From the NCBI GenBank assembly GCA_964252035.1, contig OZ176216.1: DNA of 64,000 nt. One strand, 5' to 3'. Each line of letters begins with the position of its first letter. Position 1 is the first letter of the stretch. A program made the position numbers and the translations under genes. The notes below the pieces were generated by a model. That model was not told the origin of the DNA. It saw nothing but the letters and a program-made list of their open reading frames with translations, and made no database searches. This stretch comes from Podarcis erhardii (lineage: Eukaryota). Below are positions 11,800 through 23,906 of this stretch, one piece after another.

Positions 11800-12559
11800 C
11801 AAGAGAGACTCCACACAGCTACCCCGCTGGAAACTTTTCAGCAAAAGGCTTCATATCTGCAAGGACCGAAGAAGCCTATATGTGACAAGCACTGGTTAAT
11901 TTCTACTAAGTAACAAGGCTGACTGGGTAACCCAAAAAGCAGGGCAAGCTCCTTCCTGGCCAATCTTAATATTATCATCTCACTGTGCGTAAAAGGTAGA
12001 GCTGTCCACTTGGGAGAGGAAGCAGTTTGCAACAGGCCTGACTTCTTAAGAAGCTGTTTTTTAGCCAGAGAGAACCGGTGCTGCAACTGCCCCGAAGTCA
12101 GCTGAGTTGTGAACACACAGTCAGCTGCTTCAGGCACCCTGTTTATCTTGTGGCATAGGAAACCACACCACTGTGAAACGCAAGGGCCTTTCTGCACTGT
12201 CCACCCTAGGAAAATGCCTGCGGGTCTCCCACACTTCCTGCTGCTGTGAAGTAGCCAATAAGCCCAGTTCACACAGGCCTCTGTTAGCTGCCCACTTCTG
12301 ATAAGTGGAGACACCTCTGGTGGGAAACCACAGTGAGGAGGACACCCACACAACCACCATCAATAAATGGGGAGCCTTCATGCACTACCACAAGCAGATT
12401 GTGAAAGGCAAAAGCAAGCACAGCCCCCCCCCCCAACACAAAAACCAAGAGCTGACATTTTGCTCTGAAAATTTCTAGGAAGATTTCGTCCAAGCAGCTC
12501 ATGGGATCAATTAATGCCATAACCACAGAAAATAATAAAACATATAAACACTACAAAAC

Positions 12560-12830
12560 CTAACAGGAAGTGTAGTCAAAATCTTTAAATACCACTAAAT
12601 TCCAGGGTGAAAAAAGCAATACGAAGTCGGTGCCTAGCAGGTAGATATAGGGATTTCCTCAAATGAGGGGCCACCACAGAAAAGGCATTCTCCTTCAAAG
12701 CCACTCACCAATTTTTAAAAGTGGGGCAGGCAGAGCAGGGGCTCTGATGAAGATCTGAATACTCAGACAGAACTTTGCTCAAAAGTAGTAGCCAGTGAAG
12801 ATCTTTAAGTCATACAAGTTCACAGTATTA
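12560..12830 (-). mobile_element. Old L2 LINE 3' fragment
   Basis: gggccaccacagaaaaggc...ctctgatgaagatctg resembles the reverse complement of the L2 ORF2 end (AFSV-A-P-LWN region). Confidence 0.5.
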
Positions 12831-12899
12831 GTTGCTATATTCTGCATGAGTTTAAGTGCCTAAACTATCTCTCCTACAAACGCATTTTAAAGGACATAG

Positions 12900-13037
12900 A
12901 ATGCTGGTCAACTAAAGGCCTGGTTGAAGAGGAACTTTTTCGCCAGGTGCCTAAAGGTGTACAATGAAGGGACCAGGCTACGCTTCCTGGGGAGAGTATT
13001 CCATAAATGAGGAGCCACTGCAGAAAAGGCCCATTCT
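12900..13037 (-). mobile_element. L2 LINE 3' end, interrupted by L1 (continues at 15408-15690)
   Basis: ORF 12908..13096 reads AFSAVAPHLWNTLP...SLYTFRHLAKKFLFNQAF, a typical L2 ORF2 C-terminus. Confidence 0.8.
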
Positions 13038-15407
13038 TTTTTTTTAAAAAAAAACATTTTTTTAAAAAAATACTTATACATCATACAAACAATCATTGAA
13101 TAAAATGAAGAAATAATACAAAAACAGAAGATACAAAAACAAAATTACAAGGATGTAAACATAATAACATAAACTACAATAAAAAATATAAAACATTATA
13201 TTCTCCTAAAAAAGGAAAAAGAAGAACGAAAAATAATATCAAGAAGAAGAAGAAGAAAAATAATTGACTTTCAACAAACTCCATGCGGATCTTTATTCCT
13301 CAAATCACTGGTTGTCTGTAATGATTAAATTTTTGGAGAAATATTCTAATTATCGGTACCTGTGAGATTTTTATTCTAAGCTAAACCAAGTATGAATCTG
13401 GGAATCAGTTCTCTTTATATAATTTATAAAGACTTCCCACTCTCTCCTTATTTTCTCATTAGAATAAATTTCTTATTAAACCTGGAAGTTTGGCCAGTTC
13501 AAGATATTCTGTTGATTGTTGTTAGCCGCCCTGAGCCCGGCTTCGGCTGGGGAGGGCGGGATATAAATAAAATTTATTATTATTATTTATTATTAAGAAC
13601 CCATTCTTCTTTTGTCGGTGTTATGTTACTTTCCAATGTTTAGCATTATCCTGGCCGCCGTTACTGCACACAAAAATATTCCTTTGGTTTCTTTTGGGAT
13701 GTCTGTTGTTAATAGGCCCAATAAAAACATTTCCGGTTTTTTGGGGGAAAGTATGTCTTAACATTTTCTTTAATTCTTCATAAATGGTATTCCCAAAATT
13801 TTTAATTTTAGGGGAATGTCCACCACATATGGAAGAAATTCCCTTCTTTAAGTTTGCACCTCCAACACTTTCCACTAGTGTTTTGGTACATTTTAGCCAA
13901 TTTTGAGGGTGTAAGATACCATCTGTACATCTTTTTTTTTAAAAAAAAAAATCTTTTATTGTATAACATGTCGTAAATCTTATGTCTCTTTCCCATAAAT
14001 TTCCCCATTTTTCTAATTCAACTGTATAACCAAAATCTTGTGCCCATTCGCCCATGACATCTTTAACCTCTTCGTCTCTTAATGCCAATTTAATAATAGT
14101 TTATACATTCTGGATCGATTTTTTTATCATCATTTATAATCAATTCTTCATCTAATTCAGATAATTTCTTATTAAACCCTTTTACTTTCTTGTCTTCCTC
14201 AAAAACTGCATTTAATTGATGGTATTGTAAGCAGCCTACTCCTATATGTCTTCTTGTTTCATATTTTTTCATTTGTAATCTATTATTTACTTCCTCTAAA
14301 AGATCTTTATATGTCAACCAATTTGAATCCATATGTTTTCTTTTTACTGCCTCTATCTCCATTGGTTACAACCATCATGGGGTTTTTGGTTCTAATAATT
14401 TTTTGTTCTTTTCCCAAACTTCATATAAGGCTTTCCTAATAATGTGATTTAGGAATCCTTTGTTAATTTTTACTTTATTATAACCCAGGTATCCGTGCCA
14501 CCCCACTATATTATCGCAGCCCTCAATATCCAATAATTTGGTATTCTTGAAGATCATCCATTCCTTGAGCCAGACCAGGCAGGCAGCTTCGTAGTAGATC
14601 CTAAAATCTGGCATTCAAAACCCTCCTCTGTCTTTGCCGCTTCTGTCTTTGGTGTCTGTTAATAATTTAAATTTAATTCTAGGTTTTTTGTCCTGCTAAA
14701 TGTATTTCACCAAATACCTGTGCCATTCCTTAAAATAATTTAAGTCATTACGAACTGGAATTTATTGAAAAAGGAACAGTATTTTTGGTAAAACTACCAT
14801 CTTGATTGTAGAAATTCTTTCACACAATGTGAGTTTTAATTTGCTCCAGATTTCTAAGTCTTTCTTAATTTAATGTTTTTCATGGTTATCCAAAATCCTA
14901 AATACTTTGCTCTGTTGGTGATTTTAAGTCCTGTTTCTACTTCTAACTTTACTTTTTCTTGTATATCTAATTTTTTTTACCAAGAGTTTTGTTTTTCCTT
15001 TATTAACTTTAAATCCTGATAATTGTCCAAATTCCTTTGTTTTTCCCAATATTGCTACAATACTCTCTGGTTTTCTGTTGTAATTATTAGATTGTCTGCG
15101 AAGGCTCTTACCTTAGAGGCCCTTTGTCCCAATTTAATTCCTTCTATTCTAGGGCCTTCTCTTATTGCTTTCAAATATACTTCCAGTAAAAAAGAGGAGA
15201 GGAGAAAGAGGGCAGCCCTGTCTTGTTCCCTTAGAGATATTAAAAGCTTCTGATGTTTCACCACTGATAGTCTGGCCTTTTGGGAATTATAAATCACTTT
15301 TATACTACTACATATTTTCTTGCCCAAACTCATAATTTCCAAAGTTTTTTGCATGAATACCCACGAAACATTATCAAATGCTTTCTCTGCATCCACCAAG
15401 GTCAGGG
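13038..15407 (-). mobile_element. 5'-truncated, frameshifted L1-clade LINE (RT to CCHC region of ORF2, 3' UTR and poly-A)
   Basis: ORF pieces DAEKAFDNVSW, FADN, LPDFRIYYEA and [18 protein letters not shown] tract at 13038. 20-bp TSD ctgcagaaaaggcc(c/t)attct at 13018-13037 / 15408-15427. Confidence 0.92.
13514..13594 (+). mobile_element. Young L2-type retroelement 3' tail inserted inside the L1
   Basis: tgttagccgccctgagcccggcttcggctggggagggcgggatataaataaa followed by (TAT)n; CpG-rich. Confidence 0.75.
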
Positions 15408-15690
15408 CTGCAGAAAAGGCCTATTCTCGTGTTGCCACCCTTGGGACCTCTCGTGGAGGAGGCACACAATGAAAGGTCTCAGGTGATGGGCCTCACTGGC
15501 ACATGGTCCCTGGAAGGATGCCCACAAGGGGATTTGGCCCTTGGGCTGAAAAAGGTTCCCCACCCCCGATATAAGCCTCTCAGTCTTTTGTAGATGCTTC
15601 CTGTGCTAACAAACAGCTCACTATTAAGCTCCTTAATGCTTAGCTCAGTTGCTTCAGCATTACTCAGCTCAGCTATGAATCTAACTCTTC
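15408..15690 (-). mobile_element. L2 LINE, upstream part of the L1-interrupted copy
   Basis: Begins with the second TSD copy; the sequence continues the L2 ORF2 C-terminus. Confidence 0.7.
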
Positions 15691-15766
15691 CTCCAAGCAC
15701 CGATCGCGGACAATTCAAAAAGGTCTAGGAGACTTAAATATGGCATGTGAGAATTGCAGAGCTTAC

Positions 15767-15931
15767 CTTTGGTGTGTCAATTCTCTCTTCCTCCATGAAA
15801 GCCGATTCTGCCTGACAGGCGGAAGGGGGAAAAGAGAAAGCTTCAGCAGTGGAAGTTGGTGGGAGGCCAGGAGACCTTAGCAGCCTGACATTCTGGGGGC
15901 GCAGGTTGACGGGAGCTACGGAAGCCTGGGC
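15767..15931 (-). CDS. SIK2: SIK2 exon 9 (165 nt): [55 protein letters not shown]
   Basis: Manual translation resembles human SIK2 AQTVGLPV...CQAEAAFMEEECVDTPK as recalled. Acceptor ttgtag, donor gtaagc. Confidence 0.94.
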
Positions 15932-16667
15932 CTACAAAGAGTAAGAGAAATAAAGAACAGTTTGTTAGACGGCATGCAAAGAAAACAGAAATGAAACCAG
16001 GAAGTATCGGACATGGGATGGAGCACAACAATAACAACCCGTGGAGAATAATAGAAGTGGTGGGATCTCAACTTGTGAGGCAAATCTAGCCTAACATAGG
16101 CGGGGAAAGGAGAATGACCAATACACAAGACTGAACTGCTCACACCAAACGTTTCTCAGAGAAGAACAAAGAAGGGAAGTGCTGGTCTTGCGTTTTAGAG
16201 CCAGAATGCTTTCAGCAAGACCTTCTTGCCCTGCCTAGAGCTACAGAAGGTTCTGCACTTCAGACTGTGCATGCCTAGTCACACTTGTGGGACTGTGCGG
16301 AGGCCATAAGGAAGAATGAGGGCTTCTCCAAGGGCTAAAAGCTAGATTGTGCCTTCACTGTTATTTTAAGCGTGTGCTGGTTTAATGCTCACTTTATTGG
16401 CGTCATGCTGATTAAATAAAGAGTCAGAGGCTGTGAGATGCCTGCCAGCAAGGGGACTGCAACATCCACAACATTAACCGTCAGTGTATATTAAACATCT
16501 CAAACTGCCAATGCTAAGCACAACATACTTGGTTTCTATACATTTAAACACAAAACAAAACATGGGAGTTTGCAAAATACGAGAATATTTGGGGATCTGT
16601 TGGGAACGACAAACTACTGCCATTTATCATATTCTACAAAGGACAAACTTCAAAATAGCATATTTGT

Positions 16668-16690
16668 GTGAGTGAGTGAGTGAGTGAGTG
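16668..16690. repeat. (GAGT)n microsatellite
   Basis: Direct reading. Confidence 0.9.
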
Positions 16691-17111
16691 AAGCTCTGAT
16701 GCCACCCAATGTTTTGCTCCTTAAATGTCTGTGTGACATTCAGCTGCAATCTTATCAGGGCTTCTGAAGCCAAGGCAGAGCCTGCAGGAACACCGTGATA
16801 AAAGTTCCGCAGTGCCATGCAGTCAACTTGTTTTACCAATGAGTTTTGAAAGCAATTTAATGGCTTGATTGCTTTCCAGACCACCAGCTGGTTCGTGAGC
16901 GTGTTAATGTGGGCCAGTGCTTGGTCTGTGGCTTCAAGATCTAACATTGCCTGTGACTTGCCAGTCAGGAAAATCACAACAGCTGCCCAAAGCTGAGCAT
17001 TGGCATGGGGAAAGCCATCAGCTAAATAATGCCAAATGAATACTATGTGCTCAGATTCACATACATCACAGTCATGCTTAGAATGATCCTGTATGGAAGG
17101 ACAGCACTGCC

Positions 17112-17346
17112 TGTTAAGGGGTGAGAAACAGAGAATTACAGCTGTAAATAATAATTTTATGGAAACTTAAAGAGAACCAATAGAAAAATTGATTAAAGGG
17201 TTGCTAAAAAATCTTTTGGAATAAGGATGCAGTGAAAAGGAGGTATGGGGAAGTCATGTTTTATGTTTATTTGTTTTTTCTGTGTTGTGTTTGTTTTCTT
17301 TTTTCTTGTTTATTGTTGTGAAAACTAATAAAAATTATTAAAAAAA
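17112..17346 (+). mobile_element. L1-type 3' end fragment with poly-A
   Basis: T-rich 3' UTR, aataaaaattattaaaaaaaa tail, 17-bp TSD ggaaggacagcactgcc (17095-17111 / 17347-17363). Confidence 0.85.
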
Positions 17347-17874
17347 GGAAGGACAGCACTGCCATTCCCATATTGCAGATTATGGAGAAGGTTGGTTGGG
17401 TGAGGCTGAGAGAGATATTGGCCAGCCTAAGGTTAGTGAGTTCACAGCATAGGCAAGATGGGAGACTTTCTGGTTTGTGCTCTTAGCCAAAATACCAGCG
17501 CTCATTACAGAGGAATGAAACAACACTTTATTGCCTTTGCTCAAATTCTGGTGCATCTGATCAGCTTCAGGCAAAATCACCAAGGAAAATAACTGCCTAG
17601 GTCCCCCTCTTACTGATTTTCCTATTGCTGCAGCAAACTGAACCACTTTCTGGAACTGGACTGTTGTGACTGACTTTTCACCCTTCTTAAAAAAGAACCA
17701 CAGTCAAAGGAGGCTTCCATGATATGCAGGCCCTTTATATATTCAACTAGGTTCCAGGTCCAAAAATACAGGTCGCTGGTAGGGGTGTGTGTCTGTCTGG
17801 GTAGGAAGAAGAGCTCTGTGACTGAACACTGACTGGCTTGTGTGGTAACAACTGTGCCTAGAACAGGGAGTTAC

Positions 17875-18027
17875 CTTGGCGACTGTTTGCTCAGCGATGG
17901 TGCTCGGTCGTCGCTGGCGGGAATCGAGCCGCTGCTCCACAGGGAAGCTACTGCGATGTGACTTGAGCCTCTCTATGAGCAAGTAATAGATAGCAGCAAA
18001 GTGGTTGTAGCTCTTGTCCTGCAAGGA
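17875..18027 (-). CDS. SIK2: SIK2 exon 8 (153 nt): SLQDKSYNHFAAIYYLLIERLKSHRSSFPVEQRLDSRQRRPSTIAEQTVAK (UBA end; PKA/14-3-3 sites equivalent to S343 and S358)
   Basis: ORF 17743..18024. Acceptor tctcag, donor gtaact. Confidence 0.97.
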
Positions 18028-18070
18028 CTGAGAAGAGAACAGGCACCCAAAGGTTAAATCAGGACAAATA

Positions 18071-18296
18071 CAGTGCTACCTCGGGTTACATACGCTTCAG
18101 GTTACAGACTCCGCTAACCCAGAAATATTACCTCGGGCTAAGAACTTTGCTTCAGGATGAGAACAAAAATCGTGCTCCGGCGGTGTGGCAGCAGCAGGAG
18201 GCCCCATTAGCTAAAGTGGTGCTTCAGGTTAAGAACAGTTTCAGGTTAAGAACTGACCTCCGGAACAAATTAAGTACTTAACCTGAGGTACCACTG
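18071..18296 (+). mobile_element. Tc1/mariner-pogo-type MITE
   Basis: TA TSD; TIRs cagtgctacctcgggtta / taacctgaggtaccactg. Confidence 0.9.
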
Positions 18297-18800
18297 TAAT
18301 ATCTGTAACCTTTCTCCAATGTGTGAGAGACTGCCACAGCTATATGCGTACAGAGAGGTGCGGTGTTCCACTGAACAACATTTCCTTGGGAGGAGTGTGA
18401 GTCTTTCTTTTTCTTTCCCTAGAGTCGAACTGGGCTGCATGTTTGGGACTGGGAGGGAGTTTTCACCTAGTTGAGATAAGCTGGCGAAGGAGGGAGGGGA
18501 GATGCCTGCTGTGTGTTGCTCAGCTTTTTGATGGGACTGCATAAATATGTTTTCCATAAGCACATCCTACAGTGCCATTCGAGCGGCTGGGTGGCAGAAC
18601 AAGACATGTTTTAATCCCTTCTAGCTCCAAATTCTGTTCCCAGCCCAAAATGACAATGCTAATTGGGCCCTGGGACCCCATATTGGCTTTAGTGCAGTTT
18701 TACAAAAGTGTCAGTTGCACAAATGAACTGTCAGCAATGCCTGTGTCTGCGCCTGTTTATTAACCCTTAAAAAACAAATACAAAACAGTACCACCTAGCC

Positions 18801-18930
18801 CAGAGATGGAGAACATTGTGGCCCTCCAGATACTGTTGGACTACAGTTCCCATTGCCCCTGACCACTGGGCCTTGCTTGATGGGAGCTAAACTCCAACAA
18901 CATTTGGAGGGCCACAGGTTCCTTAACCTA
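18801..18930. mobile_element. Degenerate palindromic hAT-type MITE
   Basis: ggccctccaga...ggactacagttcccat...gatgggag...tttggagggcc, same design as 4370-4505. No clear TSD. Confidence 0.65.
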
Positions 18931-19806
18931 GGCTATTCCACATTTTGAGCCACAATAGGAAATGGAGCCCTGAGCGAAAAGGCTCAAGGCTTCATTGCCC
19001 CCTGCCCTCCCTCCTGCCAACTTTCTGGCAGGAAGCATTAATACTGCAGACTCCACACTGGCTAAAAATATCAACCATTTTGAAGGAAGTGATCACACAG
19101 ACTCCTCAGGGAGCTTTTCAGCGTTTATTTCTGGTAAGAGGCTTGATTTGGAATCCTAGCCGAAACACCAAAAATAAAGACAACTGGCTGCTTTTCTAAG
19201 GGTTGTTGTTTTTTTTTTTTACTTTGTCAGATCTCACATTTTAGAAGCTTAAAGCAAAGTGAGGTCCGTTTCCTGTTTTGCGCCCCTTGTTATCCTCAAA
19301 TTTCCCAAAACTTGACCTGTAAATATATAATGAAGAATAGGCACATGTGGACATTTTCACCACTGTAGGCTCTAAAAGACAGGGAGGCTTGGCAGTGAAA
19401 GTTTAAGAAAATAAAACATTATTTCCAGAAAAATATGAATTATATTTCTCACTTTTAAAAAAGAAGGGGCTACAGTATTCCACAGTACAATCAAAGCTGA
19501 GTGTACCTTGGCAAAATCAGCTGTGGGAATTACTGGCAAAGTGTCACTTTCCTGATGGTTTGAGATGTGCATGCTAAAATATACCCATTAAACTCCACCA
19601 GGTGGTTTCCCACTCCTCACTCCCTCTACCCTGCAAATTCATTTCCCAAAGGCATTAGGCTCATTTAGTCTCGTGCACCATTATGTTACTAGTTTGACCT
19701 TCCCACAATAGCTCCAGCAAAGGTGAAAACTTGGAAGATACCAGACAGACCTGTAAAGTAGGGACTGTAAATGAGCTTCCACCCAAACAACAAAAGACTG
19801 TGTTAC

Positions 19807-20027
19807 CTCAATGGTTTTTTGTTGGTCTATTCCCAAGCTGTGCATCAGCCGCAGAACTTGTTCATTGTATTCTCCAATTGATGGCTCATTCTCTTGTCCT
19901 TGGGGATAGAGAATAGGTCTCTGAACAGGAACCTCTACCAGCATCCACTTGTGCTCTTTGATCTGAGCAATTGTCAGCCTCTTGGATGGATCCAGGACCA
20001 GCATCCTCCGGATAAGATGCTCACACT
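19807..20027 (-). CDS. SIK2: SIK2 exon 7 (221 nt): [74 protein letters not shown] (kinase end, UBA start)
   Basis: ORF 19681..20004 plus manual extension. Acceptor atgtag, donor gtaaca. Confidence 0.97.
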
Positions 20028-20639
20028 CTACATGGACAGAGTAGGGGTGAAAAGTTCAGACTGATACAGCTAGTATGGGATCTATCTGCATTGTTAGCCT
20101 GTGTCAATGTAAGCTGGGTGACTATTAGCAATAGGAAACTGCTTAATTCAGACGCCAAATACTACTGCTAAAAATAAAAATAATCTTGAAAGAGGTCTTT
20201 AATTTGTATAAAGAACAAAACCCATTTCTCCTACAGGTGAGCAATTAGGGGAAACAGCACAATTATTTCTAACTGCAGGCACAATAAAAGGAATAATAGT
20301 AATTCTTCATACCCATAGGACTGACTGAATTGCACAAAAGGGCTACGTTTGCATTAACCAATGAAGTTTCAGAACAGAAAAAAACTGTTTTGTTTTTTAA
20401 GCTCCCCATTCCAAGTTATGTGTTCTTGCAGTTCTGGCTTGCTTGTTGCAGTGCCTACTACAGCTGCAAGAAATCATTGCCCCCTGCCCAGTTGTTATGG
20501 AAATTGTGGAAAGGAGCACAATCATGGCATCGTACCGCAATATTTTATTTTAAACATTTTTGTACTGCAGGCCACCAAGGCAGTTAAAAAGAAAATGAAA
20601 TACTCACAAACCAGTTGAAACAACAGCAGAATTTAAAAC

Positions 20640-21130
20640 AAGAGTATTAAAAACCAAGATGAGTAGAAGAAAAACCTACGGTCTCCAATTAAAAACCAAT
20701 CTGTATGTCTCTGTCAACTGTCTGAAGTCCAGGGATGGGACCACTTTGATCTCCTGAGGGAAGGGATTCCATAACTGGGGTGGTTGCAATAGAAAAAATC
20801 CTGTCCTGCAACCCTACTTACTGAATAGTGAATCTCTTTTTGGTAGCAGGACATTCGACAGAGTATAGGAAGATGAGCTCAATGAATGGAGAGGTACGTA
20901 AGGAAAAGAGGCAGTCCTTCAGATATCCTGGTCCTGTTAAGAGCTTTATACCTAACCACTCGTATCTTGAATTAGGCCTGGAAACAAATTAGAAGGCTGT
21001 ACAATCTACCTAAGACCAGTTTAATATGATCTTTAAAAAATGAACACTAGAATGGCTATTGCATTTTGTGCCAGCTGTAGTTTCTGAGCATCGTTCAAAT
21101 GTCCAACATGCTCCCCACGTAGGGCATGTT
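20640..21130 (-). mobile_element. Old L2 LINE 3' fragment
   Basis: Degenerate motifs (gattccataactgggg, ccttcagatatcctggtcc, ttgaattaggcctggaaac, gcattttgtgccagctg) typical of the reverse complement of L2. Confidence 0.6.
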
Positions 21131-23693
21131 CCACTAATCTAATCAGGTGAGCAAAGACATGCATCACTACGGCAAGTTCTGCCTTTTCACAGCTCGCACT
21201 GCAGCCACAGCTGAGAAAAAGCACTCCTGAACATTGCAGTCACCTGTGCATCCAAGGAGCAACAGTGGAACCAGAGTACTCCCAAACTGCAAGCCTGATC
21301 CTTCAGAGGAAGTCAAATAACATATATGTTGTTTTCCACAAGGCATCTCATTGTTATATGACATTTGATGTTCTGCTTTATCTCACTCATGTTTTTTGCC
21401 ACCCATCCTATCAACCACCCCATGCTTAATGATGAATTTGGATGGCTGGGAATGACATGGAAGCTGTCTGTTCACTTGGCACAACGAGTGGCACTGACCT
21501 AGCGTCTTGGCCACACAGTTAAGCCCGACATTTACTGCTTCCCAGGATTTCTGAGTGACAGTGGAGGGCTGGAGAAGCTGTGCTTAATTAACTAACTGCG
21601 TGGTCAGAAACGACAGAAAGTTGGGGAGTCCTACAACACCAGCTGGTAAGCATTTAAGCAGTGGCTTGGTCTTTAGGTTCTCCAAAGTTTTATCCCCTGG
21701 ATACCTGACAATGCCATGTCTACACCTACACATCCAAAATGGCTGTTACTGCACTAAGATTTTATTTCTGCATTCACAGTACACTAATATATAAACAAGT
21801 AGGCCATGTAGGGGACTAGGATGCTCCCAAATGCAAGTTTATTGTGCTATCATTGCTGCTCATGTTTAAGAGTTTTTGCATTGTTTAAACAATGTCTTCC
21901 TCATCAAAATGTCACCTTTGTACTCCCCATGTAACCCAGATTTCCTCTTAAGTAAAAACAACCCATTATCCCTGCTGGTATAGAAGCTCCTTTGAGCATT
22001 TTTCTGACAGGGGGTGACTGGTTTGTATGGTGATGTTCCTGGCTGTGGCTCCTACCACTGCAACCCTATTTCTGTTTGCTCTTCACCTGAGCAAAACCTA
22101 GCCATTCTGTTTCTAGCAGCACAAATAACACAACTGTGCCTGCTTCCACTAATAGCTGCATGTGTAGTCACATCGAAATTTCATCAACTATTCTTTCAAG
22201 GTCTTGATGCATGTAGAAGATTACCTTGGAGACTAATCACAGTCCCCAACAGGACTTCCTTCTATTTTTAACCCAAGTCATGTGCAAGACCACTTTGCCA
22301 GGATTGCAGTATAGCTACATATCCGTCTTGCACAAGACGTCTATATGACTCTTTTTTTAAAGCCACCAAATGGCAACAGACCCCCTCCCACAAAGCAGAA
22401 GTATCCAATTTGTCCATAATGAAACATGACAACTAGAGGCTGGTTCTTGCACACCTCCTTTGGAGTAAAAGCATTTAAGATCTGTACGCAAATGTACAGA
22501 AATACCTGTCCATGCCCACAAGGGGAAGAGGTAGTGAAGGTCAGGCGAGAAGTGACTGAGGGGGTCAGAAAACATAGCACAGAAACATTCCATCAAGAAC
22601 TACTCAGTCGTGTAAACAGGAAACAGTGGTATGCCTATGAAAAGGCTAAAACTAAAAAATAGTGTGTGGGTTGTCATGTACTAATCACACACACACAGAA
22701 AAATGAGATCTGAACAATCTATTGGCAACATTAATCCCCTATCTGGAATCCCGCTTGATGGTTTGACACCAACACTAAGAGCCTGAAACAAAGATTCTGA
22801 TAGGAGGCAGATTTGGGGGTTTTTCAGAAACAAAATATGAAGACACCTCCACGCTTTTCAGCTCAAGATGAGCAGAAGCATAGATAAACGAAGAAGAAAT
22901 GGAAAACATGAAGTGAGGAGGGAGAAATGTCAGAAGGGAAACATAACAAGGTGTTGATCACATTGCTTTGGTTGTGCAAACAGGAGTTTTTCATGCAAAT
23001 AAGTGTTGTTGTTGTTTTGTTTTTAAGAGCCACAGTACTGGAAAGACTACAAGTGATTAAGATTAAGCACACAATGGACATGCAAATAAAGGGATGTGCA
23101 TGTAGTTTTGAAGTGAGTTAGACAGGTCCATTCCTTCCTGCTTAGCATCATGACATCCTAGCTGCATTCCATGTCACATCAAGCAGCTATCATATACCAC
23201 CCTAGAAGACTTAGCAGTGGCTGGAGCACTGCTGCTCTAGGATGCTGCTCTGGTCAATGCTAAAATCATGGGACAAACATCCTCATAGCCTATTAAACAC
23301 ACATTACAGCTGGCGATGCGGCCATCCAATAGCATCGTCTTACATACTGATGTTTAGGCATCATCAGGTTATCATGTGTTAATATGGCTGCATCACTAAG
23401 CAATTGGATAACAACTTCCCCCATGTGCAAGCAGCTGTATTATGTACTATTATTGTATACTCAAAGATGGTTTTCAGGCAAATTAAGCCATAGTAACTGT
23501 GAAATTAGAAATAACTTGCTGTTTTAGTCTAAATCTCTGCACTTTTTTGCCATAGGACTGAAACGAATATTTCTTCAGGACTTCTATCACCTTCATCACC
23601 AGCAGAATACAGGCAATCCTTGCTTTGCACGGTGGTTACGTTCCGAACACTCTCTCTTTTTAAAGATTTTATTGGATTTTTACAATTTATAGT

Positions 23694-23906
23694 TACAGAT
23701 AGGTAGCCGTGTTGGTCTGCCATAGTCAAAACAAAACAAATTCCTTCCAGTAGCACCTTAAAGACCAACTAAGTCAGTTCTTGGTATGAGCTTTCGTGTG
23801 CATGCACACTTGGTATCTGAAGAAGTGTGCATGCACACGAAAGCTCATACCAAGAACTGACTTAGTTGGTCTTTAAGGTGCTACTGGAAGGAATTTGTTT
23901 TGTTTT
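23694..23906. mobile_element. Young Penelope-like (PLE) fragment with inverted architecture: perfect 84-bp inverted repeat
   Basis: Arms 23728-23811 / 23823-23906 are perfectly complementary. TSD tttttacaatttatagt at 23677-23693 / 23903-23919. Nearly identical to the ends of the GIY-YIG-bearing copy at 59391-59964. Confidence 0.9.
23809..23854 (+). ncRNA. Minimal type I hammerhead ribozyme motif (PLE-associated)
   Basis: CUUGGUAU-CUGAAGA-A-GUGUG(CAUG)CACAC-GAA-AGCU-C^AUACCAAG: 8-bp helix I, conserved core, 5-bp helix II, palindromic AGCU helix III. Confidence 0.75.

Noticed and set aside
11838-12353. 171-aa minus-strand ORF
   Set aside because: No recognisable motif or splice context; consistent with a chance intronic ORF.
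22506-22555. 50-nt pseudo-exon on the minus strand (ccctcag / gtattt)
   Set aside because: Weak donor and no supporting evidence; such sites are common in long introns.
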